A DNA stretch of 63,027 nt, filler included, from Anaerolineae bacterium (GTDB taxonomy: Bacteria > Chloroflexota > Anaerolineae > Epilineales > Epilineaceae): assembly GCA_029262755.1 (NCBI GenBank). It is 7 parts of 7 records of this genome, joined end to end, with 100 filler letters (N's around TTAATTAATTAA, not from the genome) between each part and the next. Parts side by side here need not be neighbours in the genome. Positions count along the whole stretch, not along the records: positions 35,537 to 54,499 come from JAJCYU010000098.1; positions 54,600 to 63,027 come from JAJCYU010000099.1; 5 more parts are not named here. One strand, written 5' to 3'. Shown here piece by piece: positions 45,570-56,098 of the stretch. The position numbers were made by a program, and so were the translations under genes. Within the stretch, counting starts at the first letter, position 1; every line of letters begins with the position of its first letter. The notes below the pieces were generated by a model. That model saw nothing but the letters and a program-made list of their open reading frames with translations. It made no database searches and was not told the origin of the DNA.

Positions 45570-47900
45570 CTACCGGACGGTCATGGGAAGGAAGATCATG
45601 GCCAGCGGCGAGACGCTCGTTGCCGCGGCCGTCGGCGTGCTCGGAGGCACGGTCGTCGGCACCGCGGTCGACGCGGACGTCGGCGTCGCCTCGGCAGTGG
45701 GCGCCGGCGAGGACGTGCACGTGTTGGGCTCGCGCGGAGTCGCGTTGCCGCAGACGACCCATTCGTCTGCCCCGTCCGGCGATCGCATGAAGGCGGCGTC
45801 CGTGGGCAACGCCTCGAAGGTCACGCTGTCGACGGTTGCGTCCCGGGTCGACAGGTGGACGCTCTCGCCGTCCTTGCTCAGCCGGAAGTCGGCGTGATGT
45901 TCGCCTTGATCCGGATCGTTGTCGGCCCAGACCAAATAGTACTCGCCGGGACCCAGCGTGACCGCGGGCAGCGCAAAGGCCCACGGGTCGTCTTCGGCGT
46001 CCGACAGAAAGTAGCCCTCCAGCGAAAGCGGCTCCGCGCCACGGTTGTACAGCTCGATCCAGTCTTCGAACTCGCCCGCCTCGTCGGCCATGCCGGCCTC
46101 GTTGTCGGCGACGAGTTCGTTGATCACCAGGTCGCCGGTCGGCGCTGCGGGCAGCGCCACGCCGGAGACCTGGTAGGCCCACGGCTGGGTCTGGTTGACG
46201 GCCGGGTAGAAGGCCGTGCGCCCGTCGTCGAAGGCCAGCCGCGCGTAGTAGGTGACGTCGTCGCCATTGCCCTGGGCCGGGATCGTGCCCTCCCAGGTTC
46301 CGCCGTTCTCGCGCATGGGCACCGCCTCAGGCATCGAACCCTCCACCCGGTAGACCAGGTCGACACCCGACGGCTGATCCGATCCAGAGAATTGGAGCGC
46401 GACGGTCACGTCCTGCTCGACGGTCGGCTGCTTGGGCGCAAGGCTGTGCTGCTCGAGCGCGTTGTCGGGCGCCCGCAGGTCCGCCTGGGCGCTGAGCCAC
46501 GTGTACCGAGCGTTCACGACCTTCAGCAGCCCGGGCACGGCGCGCCCGCCGCGGCCCTGTCCGCCGGCCCGGACGTCTTCCCACACGTTCTGCTCGAAGA
46601 GCGCGGTGTCATAGATGTAGTTCGGGTCGGTCAGCACCGACTCGCGGACCAGGTCCTGGTAGGCGCTCACCTTCTCCTCGAGAGCGTCCGGTGCGAAGGC
46701 CGTCGCCAGCAGCGTGCGATAGTGCGCCAGGTAATCCGCGCGGTAGCTCGGCACCGACAGCAGCCGGCTGATGAGCGGCCGCGACGAAGCATCCTGCCCG
46801 CTAGCCATCAGGAAGGGGTCGGTCTGCGCGACGGCATTCGAGTCGTCGGAACGGATGCCCGCTCCCTGAAACACGCCGAAGCTTTCGTTGACGTCCCAGC
46901 TCAGGATGTGGAAGCGCTCGTCCTCCTCGGCCCAGTAGAGGAAGTAGTTGTGGCCCGAGTAGTAGCTGTCGTAGTTGGTGAACAGGTTGATGCCCGCGAT
47001 GTACCACAGGGCGCTGTCCACATCGAGGACCGCTTCGATGGCCTCTGGGAAGTCGGCGTCGCTCACGCCGCCCTCGGCGACGGGCGCATCGAGGACCCGT
47101 GTCAGCTCGCGTAGCTTCTCGTAGCCGGCATCCCCGGCCTCCTCGGTCTTGAGCTCGTAGCTGCTCTGGTAGTCGGCCAGGCTCTCGCCTTGCCAGCTCA
47201 GGTTGCTCCGGAAGCCGCTCGGACCACCGGCTTGGGTACCCGGAGCGTCGCCCTTGAACAGCACCCCGTCGTTCGTCTCATACCACTGGTCCAAGAAGGT
47301 ACCCTCGATCTGCTCCACGAGCGTGTAGACCCCGAAGTACGTGCCGTTGGCGTGCACGCGAGCGTAGGCCGCGCCCGGCATCGGCTGGTAGTCGCGCAGG
47401 GTGTCGAGGGTCAGGATCTCGCGGGCGAGGGTGGGGTTCATGAAGCCGCTGTTGAGGTTGAGTGTGTCGTAGCCCAGGAGCTCCTGGCCGGGTACGGTCG
47501 CGTCCATCGTCAGGTTGAGCGGCACTTTGCGCCCCGAGCCGCGCGCCGAGGAGTTGCCCTTGATGCGCAGGCCGACGTCCTCGTAGGTCACGCCCTCCAC
47601 CTCGAGGTCCGCGAACACGTACTCGTCCTCGCCGAGTCGCTGCAGGCTGGACTCCCAGCCCGCGTCGTCGAAGGTGAAGTAGAGGTCGCGGATGACGGTG
47701 TCGTCGTAGGCGTCCGGCGACGAATCCTGGTCGATGTCGGACTGGCCGAGACCGTCCTGGCTGAGGGCGACGTGGGTGCTGCTCCCGGGCGCCGTCGGCG
47801 CCTCGGTGGCCCCAGTGGCCCCTGTGCAGGCGGCGGTCAGGCTCAGCGCGGCCAGTACGGGGATGATCCAAGGGTGGGCGTGAAGGGCTTTGCGTTCCAT
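45570..47900 (-). CDS. CotH kinase family lipoprotein with lamin-tail domain and C-terminal IFLP motif
   Basis: VGLRIKGNSS, GVYTLVEQI, NYDSY..HNYFLY and WDVNESFG; LVINELVA...DWIELYN (LTD). Confidence 0.88.
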   Translation of the reverse strand: MERKALHAHPWIIPVLAALSLTAACTGATGATEAPTAPGSSTHVALSQDGLGQSDIDQDSSPDAYDDTVIRDLYFTFDDAGWESSLQRLGEDEYVFADLEVEGVTYEDVGLRIKGNSSARGSGRKVPLNLTMDATVPGQELLGYDTLNLNSGFMNPTLAREILTLDTLRDYQPMPGAAYARVHANGTYFGVYTLVEQIEGTFLDQWYETNDGVLFKGDAPGTQAGGPSGFRSNLSWQGESLADYQSSYELKTEEAGDAGYEKLRELTRVLDAPVAEGGVSDADFPEAIEAVLDVDSALWYIAGINLFTNYDSYYSGHNYFLYWAEEDERFHILSWDVNESFGVFQGAGIRSDDSNAVAQTDPFLMASGQDASSRPLISRLLSVPSYRADYLAHYRTLLATAFAPDALEEKVSAYQDLVRESVLTDPNYIYDTALFEQNVWEDVRAGGQGRGGRAVPGLLKVVNARYTWLSAQADLRAPDNALEQHSLAPKQPTVEQDVTVALQFSGSDQPSGVDLVYRVEGSMPEAVPMRENGGTWEGTIPAQGNGDDVTYYARLAFDDGRTAFYPAVNQTQPWAYQVSGVALPAAPTGDLVINELVADNEAGMADEAGEFEDWIELYNRGAEPLSLEGYFLSDAEDDPWAFALPAVTLGPGEYYLVWADNDPDQGEHHADFRLSKDGESVHLSTRDATVDSVTFEALPTDAAFMRSPDGADEWVVCGNATPREPNTCTSSPAPTAEATPTSASTAVPTTVPPSTPTAAATSVSPLAMIFLPMTVR

Positions 47901-48043
47901 GTTGGTCTCCTGTGCTCCAAGTGCCGTCGCCTTGCGAAAATGCCATCGCGGCGGCGGTCAATGTGCCTCTCGTCACTGACGGGCATCCTAGGCCCCACTT
48001 GTTCAGAAGATGCGAAGATGTGATGGAGGTCGCGTGTGCCCGC

Positions 48044-49444
48044 TCAGGCCGCCGGCAGCGTGAGCTCGAAGCGCGTGCCGCGGCCGAGCTCGCTCTCGAC
48101 CGCGATAGCGCCGCCGTGCGCCTCCACGATGGACTTGGCGATGGCCAGGCCGAGTCCCGACTGCCCGTCGGAGTCCTGGCGTGACGCGTCCGCCCGGTAG
48201 AGTCGATCAAAGACACGCGGCAGGTCGTCGGGCCCGATGCCCTCGCCGTCGTCGCGCACGGCGAGGCGGACCGCGCCACGGTCCGCCTCGGCCACGAGCT
48301 CGACGCGCCCGCCGGCCGTCGTGTGGCGCAGGGCGTTGCTCACCAGGTTGCCGAGCACCTGCACCAATCGCTCCGCGTCGACGTCTACGTCCGGCAATTC
48401 CGCCGCGGCACGCCACGACAGCTCGACGTCCTTCCGGGCCGCGCCCAGCGCGTGGGCCGACACGGTCCGCTCGAGCAACGCCCCCGGCGTGATAGGGCCG
48501 CGTTCCAGACGCAGCTCACCCGCATCGGCCAGGCTGAGCGTGCGCAGATCCTCCACGAGGCGGAGCAGCTGCTGTACCTCGCCGCACACTACGTCGAAGC
48601 GTTCGGGCGTGGCCTCGAGCACGCCATCGCGCATGGACTCCGCGTAGCCGGCGATCACGGTGAGCGGCGTGCGCAGGTCGTGGGCAATGTCGGCGGTCAT
48701 CTGCCGCCGCAGCGCGACGGAGCGTGCCAGATCGTCGCTCATCTGATTGAAGGCCATCGCCAGCTCGCCCAGCTCGTCCCGGGATCGCACCGGCACCTTC
48801 TGCTGCAGCGCACCGCCGGCTACGGCGCGCGTGGCGGCCGTCAGCTCGCGCACCGGGCGCGTGAGCGTGCGCGCCAGGAGGACGCCCAAGGCAAGCGCGA
48901 CGGCGGAGGCCCCCAGGGCCGCCATGAGCGAGGCCCCGTTGGTACGCTCCAAGTAGCGCTCTTCCTGGGGGCTGAGGGCTAACGGCTCGCCGGTCGTGAG
49001 GATCGTCCCGACCACCGTGCCATCCTCGAGCGCGAGCGGGATTCCTTGCGCCAGATCGGCGCCGGACACGCGCTCTCCGACGACGTACCCGCCCGCCGGG
49101 AACACCACGGCGCCGTCCCCATCGACCAACGGGAACACGGGCCGTTGCCGCGGCCCTGACGGGCCCTGACCTCCAGTACGAGGGCGTCCTGCGTCGCCGC
49201 CGGCAGCGGCGGGTGCCGGTGCCGGCAACAACATGCCCTCGATGTACCCGCGCACGCCCGACCAAGACCCGGTGTCGCTGTAGTAGGCCAGCGCATCCGC
49301 CGAGAAGCTGGACCGCGCTTGCGCCAAGACGAGTTGGTCGAACTCCCGGACCGTCGTCCGCCAGGCGATGAGCCCGACCAGGGCCACCCCCGTCAGGCTG
49401 ACGAACAGGAAGGCGAGGCTGAGACGCGCCGTGAGCGATCGCAT
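48044..49444 (-). CDS. HAMP-domain sensor histidine kinase (BaeS-like)
   Basis: Two TM helices; [25 protein letters not shown] and GLGLAI. Confidence 0.92.
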   Translation of the reverse strand: MRSLTARLSLAFLFVSLTGVALVGLIAWRTTVREFDQLVLAQARSSFSADALAYYSDTGSWSGVRGYIEGMLLPAPAPAAAGGDAGRPRTGGQGPSGPRQRPVFPLVDGDGAVVFPAGGYVVGERVSGADLAQGIPLALEDGTVVGTILTTGEPLALSPQEERYLERTNGASLMAALGASAVALALGVLLARTLTRPVRELTAATRAVAGGALQQKVPVRSRDELGELAMAFNQMSDDLARSVALRRQMTADIAHDLRTPLTVIAGYAESMRDGVLEATPERFDVVCGEVQQLLRLVEDLRTLSLADAGELRLERGPITPGALLERTVSAHALGAARKDVELSWRAAAELPDVDVDAERLVQVLGNLVSNALRHTTAGGRVELVAEADRGAVRLAVRDDGEGIGPDDLPRVFDRLYRADASRQDSDGQSGLGLAIAKSIVEAHGGAIAVESELGRGTRFELTLPAA

Positions 49445-49585
49445 GGCCTACGCCCGTCGCTCCCCGGCCGTCGTGCGTGCGCGGACGTGGCCGCAACGTT
49501 GGGTCGTCATGGGCGGAGCATAGCGAAGGGTTGTTCAGAAGTCGTTAGCACGGGCCGCGGACGGAGCAATTGCGGCGCGGCGGCC

Positions 49586-50308
49586 TCAACCTCTTCGACG
49601 CCCCGGCGCGTCGGAGGCGCGAAAGCGGTAGCCCACGCCGAACACGGTCTCGACATAGCGCGGCGCTTCGGGCGCCGGCTCGATCTTGCGACGCAGGTTC
49701 CGGATGTGAACGTCGACCGAGCGCTCGAGGCTTTCGAAGGCGACACCGTGCAGCTGATCAAGCAGGATCTCGCGCGAGAACACGCGCCCCGGCGCAGCCA
49801 TCATCACCGCCAAGAGATCGAATTCGGTGGGTGTCAGGCGCACATCGCGCTCGCCGACGCGCACATCGCGCCGGCCTTTGTCGAGCACGATGTCTGCGGC
49901 GCGCACCACCTCGTTGGCGGGCTCAGCGCCGGTGGACTCCGATTTCTCCAGCCGACGGAGCACGGCCCGGATGCGGGCGGTGAGCTCGCGCATGCCGAAG
50001 GGTTTCGTGATGTAGTCGTCCGCCCCAAGCTCCAGCCCGAGGACCTTGTCCGTTTCGTCGACCCTTGCGGTGAGCAAGATGATCGGCGTATCACGCTCTT
50101 TGGCATGCTCGCGCATGAACGCGTAACCGTCCATCTCGGGCATCATGATGTCCAGCAGGACGAGGTCGGGCTCTTCCTGGCGCGCTACGACCAACGCCTG
50201 ACGCCCGTCCGCGGCCACGACAACGCGGTAACCCTGCGCCGTGAGGTAGTCCCGCACGAGGTCGCGTACGCCGGCCTTGTCGTCGACAACGAGGATGGTC
50301 TTCGTCAC
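49586..50308 (-). CDS. OmpR/PhoB-family response regulator
   Basis: LVVDD, LLDIMMP, GADDYITKPF, LTPTEF and ETVFGVGYRF. Confidence 0.92.
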   Translation of the reverse strand: MTKTILVVDDKAGVRDLVRDYLTAQGYRVVVAADGRQALVVARQEEPDLVLLDIMMPEMDGYAFMREHAKERDTPIILLTARVDETDKVLGLELGADDYITKPFGMRELTARIRAVLRRLEKSESTGAEPANEVVRAADIVLDKGRRDVRVGERDVRLTPTEFDLLAVMMAAPGRVFSREILLDQLHGVAFESLERSVDVHIRNLRRKIEPAPEAPRYVETVFGVGYRFRASDAPGRRRG

Positions 50309-50652
50309 GGCGTGTCGCCTTTCTAGGCATCCGGTGTGGCCGAGCCAACCGGCGAGCTCCACCGACCGATATGACGGGAGGCTCCGCTGGGATGTCCCCG
50401 ACTCAGCGTGGAGGGGAGCCGGGAGTCGAAGCAAGTGTACACCGCGAGGGGTTGGCGTTCGTGGGTACTTGACCCGTATGCAGGTTGGGGCCTTTAGGCG
50501 CCCCCGTGTAGTAGATCTAGGCGCCCCGGTTTAGCAGATGGCCGACGATTGATCCAGGTTGTACCCTTCTTGAAGAAACATTCGTGAATCACACACCGCC
50601 GCTCTTCCCAGGCGTCCAGACACCGACAGCCATCCCCCTCAGGAGCCCATCC

Positions 50653-50853
50653 GTGTACACATTGCTTGCGCAACAGTCGGCCCCGGCCAAATTCGCAATC
50701 CAGCAGCTGCCGGCGTTCGGCACTGCCCTCGTTATCGCGGAGATATGGTACAAGCTTGGCAGCTTTTCGCTTGAGTGTGTGGCCTTCCTCGGGACGTGGT
50801 TTCTGATCGATTTCGCGGTGAGCAGCGTCCAGTCCAGCCTCTTCAAGTCATAG
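50653..50853 (+). CDS. Small membrane protein (66 aa)
   Basis: AGGAG RBS before GTG 50653; IAEIWYKLGSFSLECVAFLGTW. Confidence 0.65.
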   Translation: MYTLLAQQSAPAKFAIQQLPAFGTALVIAEIWYKLGSFSLECVAFLGTWFLIDFAVSSVQSSLFKS

Positions 50854-50898
50854 CGCAAGCAGGCGGGCGGCAGTGACCGGCCACCTCCGCCCGTTTTC

Positions 50899-53800
50899 CT
50901 ACGTCTTCGCATTCCTTTCGCTCACCATCACGCTCATCGTACGGTTCTGGACGGGCTCGTAGCCTTCCTTGCCCTTCTTTTCCAGGATGATCTCGATCTC
51001 GTATACCTCGTCCTGCTTCACCGCCTTTTGCGGGTGGTCAAAGAGGAAGTAGAAGCACAGATCGTCCTCGGGCTCGACGCAGATCTCGTCCAGGATCGCC
51101 ATCTCACGATCCACCACTTCCAGCACCGTACGCTTCTCCAGTATGGACGCGATGTCCGCGCGCTGCTTGTCGGCCCAACCTACATGGAAGCGTGGCTCCT
51201 TCGCATCCGCCTTCAAGTAGGCGGTCTGACGCGCCGCCCACGCGCGGAACGTGCGCAGATCACGGCCGATCTTGAAGCCCTGGACCAACCGCTTCAACGC
51301 GCGCTTGAACCGGTGCTCCGGGAGGAACAAGCGAATGCGTCCGGGATAGCCGTTTAGAACCAGCCTCAGGCGGAAGCACCTTAGGTCCTTGATGTCCCAG
51401 CCGGTGATGCGGATTGATCTCGCTTGGGGAGGCCCGACTGGACCAGCGAAGATCACCGCCTGCGTCAACGACTTCACGGCGGCCAATCTCCGGTTCAAGC
51501 AGATGTTGTGCGTTCCCAGGATCATGCGGTACTGAAAGGGTCCCGACTGTTGCCAGGGCGTGACCGGGTAGGGGTCATCGTCGTGATGCAGCAGGATCAG
51601 CACGGAATAGACGGGCCCCTCGTAGCTGCTGTCCACCGAGGGCGGCAAGAGGTTGGCCGGGATAACGAACTTCGCGATCTTCGGCGTACGCGCGTCGATC
51701 CCGTCCAGATCCAGCATGTCGATGGTCTCCCAGTTCGCGTTCTGAATGGGCTGACCTTGCTGGACGGATTCCTCGTAATCGTACGGCAGTGCAGGCAGTC
51801 CGGTGGTGGCGTGCGTGATGAGCGCCATTACGCGTACGGAGTCGGCCACTTCCGGACCTCGGTTGTGGACCATCGCATACACGATGTGATCTTCGCCTGC
51901 TTGGTAGTGGCGGCCCATAACCCGAGAATCGTCCTGGAGAAGATCGACGAACTGAAGGAAGTCGATCTCCTCCGCCGGATCGAACTGATAGTTGCCGTTG
52001 TGGTCCGGCACGTCGATCTTGATATCCGGGCCATCCGTGTGATCCACGGTCTGACGGTAGTACACCGGATCGTCCAAACCATCCACGGTCCGCCTGCGGC
52101 CCAAGTCGAGCTGCGTGTCCCGGATGAACAGCTCGATGTTGTTGACGTCGTCCTGGTCGAGGCGAATCTCGTAGACGCCGCGCCCGTGGGTCGAGGCGCG
52201 CAACAGGCGACTCGGATGGATCTTGAGGTCGACGACGGCGGCATCCGGCAGGTGGCTGGAGAAGGGCGCCCAACTCGTGCCACCGTTCGTCGACCGCCAC
52301 ACTCCGATGTCCGCTCCGACGAACAACGTATCGGGATTCTCGGGATCAACGACGATGGCGCTGTGGTGTAGGTCCAACAGGCTCGCCGGATCGCCGGCCC
52401 CTGGACCACTTCGCGCCGTCCAGGCATTGCCGCTGAAATGCCATACATGCCGGAAGTCGCCATGGCCTCCCAGACACACATAGATAGAGTTGCCGCTGGG
52501 ATCTGCGTGGTCGATCGCGATGTCCGTCACGCTGCCGTCCAGGGGCAAATCAAAGAACACACCGGCATAGACAGCCACACGATCGATTCGCTGCACCCCG
52601 AATGAGGTGCCGAAGCGTTGGCAGCGGTAGATGCCCATCTCCGGAAACGTCTCGTCGACGTTCGTCCCCGCATAGAAGAGCGAATCGGAAGCAAACTCCA
52701 GACTTCTCACCGGCCCGACTAGCTCGTTCAGCGCAGGTGTGTCTGTGGGGATGGTGCGCCAATCGCGCCCAAAGTTCTCGCTGATCCAAAGCTGGAGCGA
52801 ACCGAGTGCGACCAGGCCAGGCGATCCGGTACCCGGCGGAGGGCCCGCGATCGGGAAGTAGAACAGGGTTCGCAGGTCGAACGGGAAGGGCTGACCTGGA
52901 CTGGCGGGGTCGTCGACCCTCATCGCGTTGAACGTGTTTTGGCGGCCTCCGTGATTGGACCGCCGGATCAGCGCGTTCTGGCCACTGAAGTACAACGCGG
53001 CCAGCACCTTGTACGGATTTTCGCCGTTGCTGATCGCGAATCCGCAGTCGCCGAAGGCCGAAACAACCCAGGCCTCTTCGCCTGTATAGCGTACAAGCCC
53101 GTTGTCCTGGGTTCCGCAGAATAGAACAGCGTCTTCCGTGGGATGCTGCCCCATGTGGTGCATAAGCAGGGTCTGTAGGCCGGTGTTCTTTGCTTCGAAG
53201 TAGAACCAGGGCGTCGGAGGTGACCCGATGCCGGCCGGTGGCAAGGAATCACTGAGAAAGACTCCGCCATCACAGCCGACCCACATCTCACCCTCGTCGT
53301 CCGGATTGAAGGCGATGGCGTGAACATCGGGGTGGACTGTTGCGCCGATAAACGTACTGCGCCGCGCCGTTTGCGGTGGGGATTCGACGCGGAACAAGGT
53401 GGCACCGTAGTTCACTGGGCTCGTAGGATTCAAGGCCGAGTTCGGACGGCCCGTATCCGTCTCCACGCGCGTCGCACCGGCTCCAATGAACACGGTGTTG
53501 ACATCGCTCGGCGACACGGCCACGGCGAGATTGTAGTTTCCGTTGAAGTTGGCAGCGTCTTGCGAATCCAGGTTCTTGACCGTCGACCACGTGCCGTTTC
53601 CGCTGCTCAAGTCCAGTCTGAACGCCATCAGGCCCTGGACCTGCGTGTCCGGGCGAATGTGCACGAAGGCGTACACCATGTCCGGATTGTTCGGCTGGAC
53701 GCCCAGGGCGATGCGACCGTGATCCACGTTGAAATCGCCGCCCACCGCCGACCAGGTTGCGCCTTGATCCAGGGACCGGTAGACAAGGCCGCCAAACAGT

Positions 53801-54499
53801 GCCGCGAAGAATACGGTCTCTCCGTTGCCGTCCACGGACGCGACGACGCTGGAGACCACCTGTGGGATGGCGTTTGGAATGGGCAGGGGCTTCCTGACCC
53901 AATGATGGCCGCCCAAGGTCCCCTCGCGTCGAAAGAGGCCGTTGAGCGTTGCGGCCAAGACGCGATTCGGCTGGTTCGGATCGACGGCTAGCTCGTAGAA
54001 CGCGCTGCCCTCAAGGATGTTGGGCCCGATCGGCTGCTGGGAGACGTTCTCCGTGTTCCATGTTTGTCCGCCATCCGTGGAGATGATGGGGCCGACGCCG
54101 AACATGCCGCCGCCGTTGGTGTCCCCATCCGCTGCGTTGGCTTCACCGGAGCCCACGTAGAGGATGTCTTCGTCCGCCGTTGTTCCAGGAACCAACGCCA
54201 GCGCTCCGATGGCCAGCGAGTCGGACGCAAAGCGGGTCGGGTCCAGATCGAAGGCGTCCATCAACGGCGTCCATGTCTCGCCCTTATCCTCGGAGCGCCA
54301 CACGCCGCCGTTTGCCGAGCCGACGTAGACGCGTTGCCCGCCCGGAGCGACCGCGATCGACGAGACCCTGCCGGAGATCGGCGGCGTCGTCGCGGCTTGA
54401 CCTCGCATGGCCACCGAGGGGCCGATGGGCACCCAGCGATTGTCCACGGCGGATCGTTGCCTACGCCGCATGCGCTGGATCTCTCTGTACGCTTGCATT
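50899..54499 (-). CDS. Large BNR/Asp-box beta-propeller protein (Ycf48/sortilin-like), 5' end truncated
   Basis: Repeated S.D.G.TW Asp-boxes, GTQDNG, THGRG and C-terminal LFIRD...GPDI domain. Confidence 0.8.
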
Positions 54500-54599
54500 N
54501 NNNNNNNNNNNNNNNNNNNNNNNNNNNNNNNNNNNNNNNNNNNTTAATTAATTAANNNNNNNNNNNNNNNNNNNNNNNNNNNNNNNNNNNNNNNNNNNN
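54500..54599. other. Artificial contig spacer
   Basis: N/TTAATTAATTAA linker. Confidence 0.98.
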
Positions 54600-54706
54600 G
54601 CGGCGACTGGCTGTTGTTCATGCCCCGCACGCTACGCGAGTAGCGGCCTCTCCCTGGATCCGCTTCCCCTCCGCCGCGTCGAGGACTCGTCAAGCAATAC
54701 GAAGCG

Positions 54707-55744
54707 CTAGCTCGTCGCCGCTCCCCGCCCGCCAAGCACGCCGTCGAACAAGTCGCGCTCGACGCCGCGATTCGCGGGCGGCGGCACGACGCGTTCCCAG
54801 CCGTCGTGGCGGAAGAACAAGCGCGACACCAGGCTCATCAAGCCTCCGCGACGGCCGCCGCCTTGGCTGGCGTGGCACGCGGCGGCCGCGCGGCGGGCAT
54901 CGTAGTAGGCCGCCACGGGCACTCGTGCCGTCGGCGTTTGCCGCACCGCCGCGATGCGGCGCAGGTCGATGTCCTCGTTGGCACCCACCCGGCTGGGATC
55001 CTTACCGAACCAGGGCATGAGCATCACCGCAAGGCGCACAAGACCCCGCGGGAACGTCGCATAGTACAGCTTCTGCGGGCGCCACACCGACAGCCCTTCG
55101 GCGATCTGCTCCGGATAACGCAACGGATCACCGGCCGCCTCAAACGCGGCCTTCGTCGCGTGATGCATCTGGATGTGATCGGGATGGAAATAGCCGCCGC
55201 TCGGATCGAAGGTCACCACAACCTGCGGTTGAATGGAGCGAATCAGGCGGGTCAGGCGCTCTGCGACCGCGTCCACGGGAGCAAAGGCGAGCGCGGCGGG
55301 ATGTGCGTTGTCCGGCGATCCCTCCATGCCGGAATCCCGATAGCCCAGCATGTGCAGTCCCGTCAGCTCCAACGCTTCGGCCGCGCCCATCAGCTCGGCC
55401 GTGCGCATGGCGGCTACCGTGTCGTACCCGACCATGAACTCCGCGGGCGCCTCGCCCACCTCGCCCCGCGTGCCGCAGGCATAGTGCACGGCCACCCCAC
55501 GACGCGCGTAGTGGATGATGGTGCCCGCCGGTCCAAACGATTCGTCGTCCGGATGCGCAAAGGACACGAGCAAGCGCAGCGGCGCGTCCGCGAGGTCCTC
55601 GCGCAGGGCATGCGACACCATCGGCGCGACCGCCACGGATCGTGCGTCACCACGATCCTCGTTCCTGCCATCACCCGCGGTGTTGCCTGTGGAAGCCCGA
55701 ACAACGGGCTTGCGCTCGATAGCTGTGGGACTGGGCTGGCTCAT
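54707..55744 (-). CDS. PIG-L family N-acetyl deacetylase (MshB/BshB/Mca-like)
   Basis: AHPDDE, TRGEVG, GYRDSGM, GGYFHPDH and HASQ. Confidence 0.88.
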   Translation of the reverse strand: MSQPSPTAIERKPVVRASTGNTAGDGRNEDRGDARSVAVAPMVSHALREDLADAPLRLLVSFAHPDDESFGPAGTIIHYARRGVAVHYACGTRGEVGEAPAEFMVGYDTVAAMRTAELMGAAEALELTGLHMLGYRDSGMEGSPDNAHPAALAFAPVDAVAERLTRLIRSIQPQVVVTFDPSGGYFHPDHIQMHHATKAAFEAAGDPLRYPEQIAEGLSVWRPQKLYYATFPRGLVRLAVMLMPWFGKDPSRVGANEDIDLRRIAAVRQTPTARVPVAAYYDARRAAAACHASQGGGRRGGLMSLVSRLFFRHDGWERVVPPPANRGVERDLFDGVLGGRGAATS

Positions 55745-56098
55745 GATCTCGCCCTGGGGCTGGTTCTCAGGCGCAGTGGAACGTTCTAGACAGGCGGGCG
55801 GCGACGTACCGTCGATGGGGTTCGTAGCGTTGAAGGAATAGCAGCGCGACCGAGTACACAGGTCGCCATCTGCGGACCGCGAGACCACGGCCGCGCACCA
55901 CGCCGGAATCAGTGTCGTCCAGCGGACCCGATGGTTTCGCGCTGGGGATACACAGATCGCAGAAAACTACCGTCGGTTCCCGGACTGCATACCGGCCCCG
56001 TTGGCGTGATTGCGCCGTCCTCGCGACGACGCGGGACGTCATGCGATCTCTGCTCGGACCGGCGCCGATACCACCCCTCGCCTCAATGCTCGGCGCGT

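Noticed and set aside
43616..47114. Long + strand ORFs (724 and 620 aa)
   Set aside because: Antisense shadows of the YHYH and CotH genes, as expected at high GC.
49448..49510. 20-codon ORF in frame with the kinase, separated by a TAG (possible readthrough)
   Set aside because: The kinase already starts normally at ATG 49444 with its first TM helix, and there is no evidence for recoding.
54600..54621. Start of a minus-strand gene (MNNSQSP)
   Set aside because: Only seven codons before the spacer; cannot be supported.
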